A stretch of DNA of 64,000 nt, taken from Asterias rubens. Its lineage: Eukaryota. The DNA lies in the NCBI RefSeq assembly GCF_902459465.1, contig NC_047072.1, forward strand, positions 15,103,776 through 15,167,775, in the 5' to 3' direction. The stretch's first letter is position 1. Each line of letters starts with the position of its first letter. Both the position numbers and the translations under genes were made by a program. Under the pieces are notes generated by a model. That model had not been told where the DNA came from, did no database searches, and saw only the letters and a program-made list of their open reading frames with translations. Below are positions 59,086 to 64,000 of this stretch, one piece after another.

Positions 59086-59896
59086 CTCTCTTGGTGTGAA
59101 GAGCAATGACTGTCTCATACTAGATGAAGAAGATTGTCTCTCACAAGATGGTCCAGCTGACATTGGGTCACGCGGCCTCTTCCATCCACTAATAGGGGTG
59201 ACAGGAAGAGGAGTACCTTTTGACTGTGTGTGAACGCGTAGAGGAGTACTATGCTGTGGTTGGCTGCTCTCCCTCCCAAGCAATGGTGTATCCCGTTGGG
59301 ATAAGAAGCCGTTTGTATTCCAGGGGGTTGGACTCAATCGAGATGGGCCTTCCATTGGTGAGGAAACTACTCTGGATGATTGTGTGCCGTTATTAATCCA
59401 GAGTGGTAGATTGAACTTTGGTGTTTGCACTTGAGACATTGACGGTTTGTGCTGTGACTCGTTTGCCTGTGTGTTTAGAATGACACTGTGCATGTCTTCC
59501 TTCATGGTTGCTGCCAAATGTTCCTTATCATCTTTAGGCTGAGAGGTTTTGGTCACAGTTTGGTTTGTTTTATCCTTGTCTTTGTCATTTTTGTTTTCCT
59601 CATCTTCTTTACACTTATCAGTTTTATTGTTCTTATCATCCAACCACTCCTGAACCTGTTTAACAGAGGGAGGGGACCTACAAGGTGTAATCACAGCATC
59701 CACATCTCCCACCAGAGCCGCTTTTAATCCACATTCAGGGGCAATGTTGCTAGGCAACAATAAGGGGTGTGGACTCAAGGCCATCATGTTGGCTTGCCAT
59801 TGGTTGAGACCTGTTTGGGAAAGTTTACTTTCAGCTTCAGGTAGAGAGGATGGCAGATTGGATTGCAAATGACCTTCGTCGTGAACACCTGGTTTA
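59086..59896 (-). CDS. REV3L: REV3L exon (disordered central region)
   Basis: Acceptor ttcttcag|T; donor GAGAG|gtaatg. It matches ORF 59023-59925 (KPGVHDEGHLQSNLPSSLPEAESKLSQTGLNQWQ...LLFTPRE). The length of 811 nt is phase-consistent with the giant exon. Confidence 0.75.
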
Positions 59897-60119
59897 CTGA
59901 AGAAAAATATAAGTGTGTATATCAAAATAAAGTCTGCTTCAATACATCATTTAATGTTGACTTTGAATATTACACACGTAGACTGATAGTAAAACAACTT
60001 CTTGCTCACATCGTATTAGGTTTGATTGCAACCAGAACTAAGAATTATAACTCTACCTTTGTAAAAATAATTGGGCAATTATTTAAGAGATACTTATAAG
60101 ATTATTACAACTCACATAC

Positions 60120-63100
60120 CTGGTCTGATGGACATCATTTGGATTCCCGCAAAATGCTTTCTTGTGTCGTAGCTGAGGGAGTCCATACTCTTGCAGCGAT
60201 GCTTGTATATCATCAGCACTTGGAGGAGGATGAAAGGGTGTCCACACCTTGCTAGGCTTATCTGATAAACTCTCATCCTCCTTTGTTGTTGTGGTATTTC
60301 TGAGAATTGATGGGACTCTTGTTGAGGTTGTTGGAGGTGATTCAGATGTTGATTGGAGAGGATCTTGTACTGATTGTGAGATGAGTTGAAGACTGTTAGT
60401 GGTCAGGTCTTCAACCATCTCTGTGCTGATTCCATCTTGCTCCTGTGAGTCACTTTGTTGACTTCTTTTACAATGTACTAGAGCCGCATCATGTCTGTCT
60501 GATGGCTGGCTGGGGTGGTCGATACTTGCAGATAACTCATTTGCTTTATCTACAATGACCTTGCTGTATTGTGTCTGATCTTTATCACTAGGTTCATATG
60601 ATAACTTATCCCCAAGGCTTTGGGATTGTTCCATGGTTGAAGTTTGTCTAGCAGAAAGACAATCTTCCTGAGATGAAACTGAGTGTCCATGGGGTAAAGA
60701 TCTCTCAGGATCAGTACAGGCGGACACAGACATTGGGTTTGAGGAACCTGATTCAGACGAGTCTCGACATACACCCCCTTCCTGTGATGTATCGATTTCC
60801 ATTGGTTCCACTTCATCTGACGCACTCTCTCTACTGTCTTCTCTTGCACTAAGCCCCTCCAAGGATGGACCCTGGGGATCTCTGGGTTTAAGAACTAGGT
60901 TCAAGGGTTCCTCTCCTAATTCCTTGGAGGTGCTAAAGCTGGAATCTTCAAGATTTGATGCTTTCATATTTGAGTTGTCATGGTACGAATCAGGGTTTGG
61001 CACATTGGTATTTGTTCTGTCATAATTTGAAGATTCTTCATTGAATTTATCTTTGTAGTTGATTCTCAACAGTCCTTCAGCAATGTCTCGATCAATCTTA
61101 CTCTTTGTATTTGTTGAAAGCTTTACTTTACAATGTAAAGTAGGGCTTTTACCAGGAGTTGATGGAATCGTCTTCCCAGCAGCATCTGTGATTGAATTTG
61201 ACTGGCTACTGATGTACTGCGTACCTTGTGGTGATGGGGTCTCTGGGCAAACAAGCTGAGAGAAAGATTCATTATTGTCACTTAGAGTATCCTTTGAGTT
61301 CAGTTTCCCACAAGGTTTCCATTTTGAAAATGATGAAGTGCTTTCACTAGAGCTGCTCCAAGATGATGCGCTTGGCATCTCGCTTACTCTATTCTTTTGA
61401 AACTTACTATTTTCAGAACAATCAGAGTCTGTGTTTCTACATGTGCTTTCCTGATGCATCTTTTTATAAGACACATCAGTTATGTTTAGAATGCTTGAGG
61501 AGGCTTGACTTGTGTCACTTTCCATCTCTGTGTTTCTTGTCTCATCTACCTGAGAAGTTCTCACTGACTCACGCTGTCTTGATTGTCTTCCTGGAGTAAA
61601 GATACTACCACTTGAAGGTTCAAAAACTTCCCTGGTTGGTGAGATGGAGGGTATACAGTTGATGATCTGAGACATATCAAGTGATAAGGATGCACCAGTG
61701 CTGCTAGACCCATTAGAGGCACCATAGATATCACTATCGTCACTCTCTGCTGGACCGTCACTATCACTGGAGGGTATGTATTTCCTCTGACCTGGTGTGA
61801 TATAAGACAGTGAGTCAGTAACTCCGCTGTCGATTATTTCATCATCTGATGATAGTTTTTCATCCTTAAATTGAAGAGAGTGATCAGACCTTTCAGAATG
61901 TGTGTCTTTCATATCATCAGGCTTAGTGTGAGTGCTACTCATGCTATCATGAAGAGCTGTAGTTGGTTGACTTTCATCATCTGATGAAATTTCCTCATAC
62001 TTCATTTGAGGAGAATAAACGTGAGGGCAAGACAACATGGATGATGATTCTTCAGGAGAAAACCTTTTGCAAGATGTTTCTGATTCAGACTGACTATTAG
62101 CATCTTCATCTTGGTGGCTGTCCCTTGTCTTCTTAGAGAAACTCTCATCATCTGATGACCTTTCTCCATATTTTGTTTTATTGCTCGACAGTGAAATAAC
62201 TTCTATTGCAGATTCCTCTGATCGTTTACTAGGTGATTCTCTCAAACCGTCTGACTTTAAACTATTACTACCGACATCCTCGGCATAAAGCTTCTGTGTC
62301 TCTTGAGTGATGTTTTCCTTAGGATTGTCCTTTTGAGACACACTTTGTGTAGGAGCAGGAGAAGGGCTTAAGGACGTACATGTATCTGTGCCAGTATCTA
62401 CAATGAGTGGCGGAGTTAAGACATCTCCAATGCTTGTAGAAACACTGCTTTCAAGATCCATATCACCAGCCAATGTACTGAGAAATCTCGGAGCTGATGG
62501 TAAATTTGATGATGGTGCATCTACAAAGTCACTTTGTGTATCATCAAGTAGAACTTGACTTAGATCTTCAGATTCATAGTTGGTAGTTCTCTCTTTGTGG
62601 CTTGCAATGTTACAAGCAGAGGCGGTAGAAATACTGCTATCGAGATTCGCATCACCACCCAACATGCTGAGAAAATTCTGACCTGATGACAAATTTGACG
62701 ATGATGCATCTTCTAGTGCACCTTGTGTATTGAGAAGCAGGACAGACCGACTTAGATTGTTAGATTCAGGGTTGCTTGTTTTCTCTGGGTGGCTGGCAAA
62801 GTTACAAGTAGAGGCTGTTTTCCCATCATCTCTAGACCTGTTACATATATCTCTTGATTTTCGAGATGTTTTTCTTTTAGGGAACTTGTCTGAGAGTGAA
62901 AACTTGGATAAAGATTGGACTGAGGTGGTGCTCTCTGCATCCGCACTTATATCAGCATCATCTTGCTGTGTGTGATTACTTGATTGATCATCACTTTGGC
63001 TGGATTCATCTTCACTTTCAAAATAACGTTTTGATTTGGCAACATTGGTTTCATCCATCGAGGGAGTAGCATTTGTTGTCTTGTCCTGAACACCACCAAC

Positions 63101-64000
63101 CTCAGAGTCACCAAAACTACTTTTGTGTTTTGCCTCGTTGAACTGTCTACTTGTGATTCCTGTCACATTGTCTATTCTTAATAATCCAGTATTGCACATT
63201 TGTTCCGACAGTGAACCATTTCCGTTTCTAGAGGTATCAACATTTATCAGCTGCATATTTGTCCCATTCTCTCCTTCTTGCCGGGAATTCTCATCTTCGC
63301 TCGTTGAGCCTGAGAATCTGTTCACCAATGTCTCCGTTTTATTGCTAAGGTTGTGACCCATCCTGTTTGACCTTTCTCCATTCTCACGCCTCTGATTTTG
63401 AGTGAGATTCTGTTGGAACCCTTCTCTCATACTTGAAAATAATTGTCCACCTTCTTCACTTGGTGACCAGCATCTTGGAGGAGAGCCTTCCTTCTTTGTT
63501 TTACGTGGTGAGAAGTATCCCAAGTTCCACATTGCATCCCGATATAAAGTAGCTTCTGAGTCGGTGTCTTGGTAACTGGTAAAATGACCATTGACTGCAG
63601 GTTGATAATCTGAAGCCCTCGGACATGACCCATTATGTTGTTCACTCATTGAGACATTGCTATCTGTGTGCTCATTGATTCTTGGTCTTGCTGTAGTGGT
63701 TCTGCAGGTAATAGGTCCATACATTGAGCCATGAGTTGTAGAAACAATAGACTGGTTTAGGTTTTTGACTTGTTGCCTTTCAGTTGTATCTGTTTTAGAT
63801 GGGCTGTTTATACTTCTACCATTATGCAGCATGGAGTCAACTGTAAAAGACAATTGAGGCTTAGGTCTTGAGGGACTACTATTTTTGTCTTCCTTCTTTG
63901 CAGAATGAGATCCTGATTTTAACAGTTTAGATTTCTTGTTTTTGCTTCCAGGGGGTCGCCCTCTTTTTTTTTGAGGGCTCCATGGAAATCCTTTTCCAGC
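60120..64000 (-). CDS. REV3L: DNA polymerase zeta catalytic subunit REV3L, giant internal exon (partial; continues beyond the window end)
   Basis: The minus-strand frame is open from 64000 to the donor CCAG|gtatgt at 60119 (ORF 60083-63853 plus an upstream continuation). It has Ser/Asp/Glu-rich low complexity typical of the 4-kb central exon of REV3L. Assignment follows from the downstream polymerase exons. An AT-hook-like KKRGRPPGSK lies at 63941-63970. Confidence 0.8.

Noticed and set aside
60550-63645. Several 60-100-aa ORFs on both strands nested in the REV3L giant exon (60550-60849, 61059-61259, 61363-61767, 62730-62975, 63123-63356, 63427-63645).
   Set aside because: They are alternative-frame or antisense ORFs inside a 3.9-kb continuous coding exon whose main frame is supported by downstream polymerase homology.

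Overview
This window is metazoan nuclear DNA, not prokaryotic. It has spliced genes with GT..AG introns, is AT-rich (roughly 36-38% GC by eye), and carries tRNA-derived SINEs, a MITE family and minisatellites. I recognise four protein-coding genes by reading splice junctions and translating exons. The first is a Cys-loop nicotinic acetylcholine receptor alpha-like subunit on the + strand (5 exons, 15943-19697; the first/signal-peptide exon is unresolved). The second is lambda-crystallin / L-gulonate 3-dehydrogenase (CRYL1 homolog) on the - strand (7 exons, 34742 down to 31238). The third is ribosomal protein L24 (RPL24) on the - strand, directly downstream of CRYL1 (5 exons, 30057 down to 23003, with a TOP-type transcription start and a CRE in the promoter). 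The fourth is the 3' two-thirds of DNA polymerase zeta catalytic subunit REV3L on the - strand. Its giant serine-rich exon runs off the window end and is followed by 21 further exons down to the stop at 45322-45324. A fifth gene on the + strand (35404-40864, 10-11 exons) is divergently transcribed from the CRYL1 promoter. It encodes a Ser/Lys-rich nuclear-looking protein with a conserved basic-aromatic region that I cannot assign to a family. Introns and intergenic DNA contain eight copies of a ~380-bp MITE with 25-bp terminal inverted repeats, three copies of a tRNA-derived SINE, a 1.56-kb 41-46-bp minisatellite, inverted minisatellite arrays, a TIR-bounded ~1.5-kb element, and a small foldback-element family. 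No rRNA, CRISPR array or clear functional tRNA gene is present. Taxon guess: an invertebrate, possibly a deuterostome or echinoderm-like marine animal, with low confidence. All coordinates were derived by hand and may be off by a few bases. Exon lengths and reading-frame phases were checked for consistency against the ORF track, except at the unresolved junctions named in the individual entries (the first exon of the nAChR gene and exon 3 of the unidentified gene).
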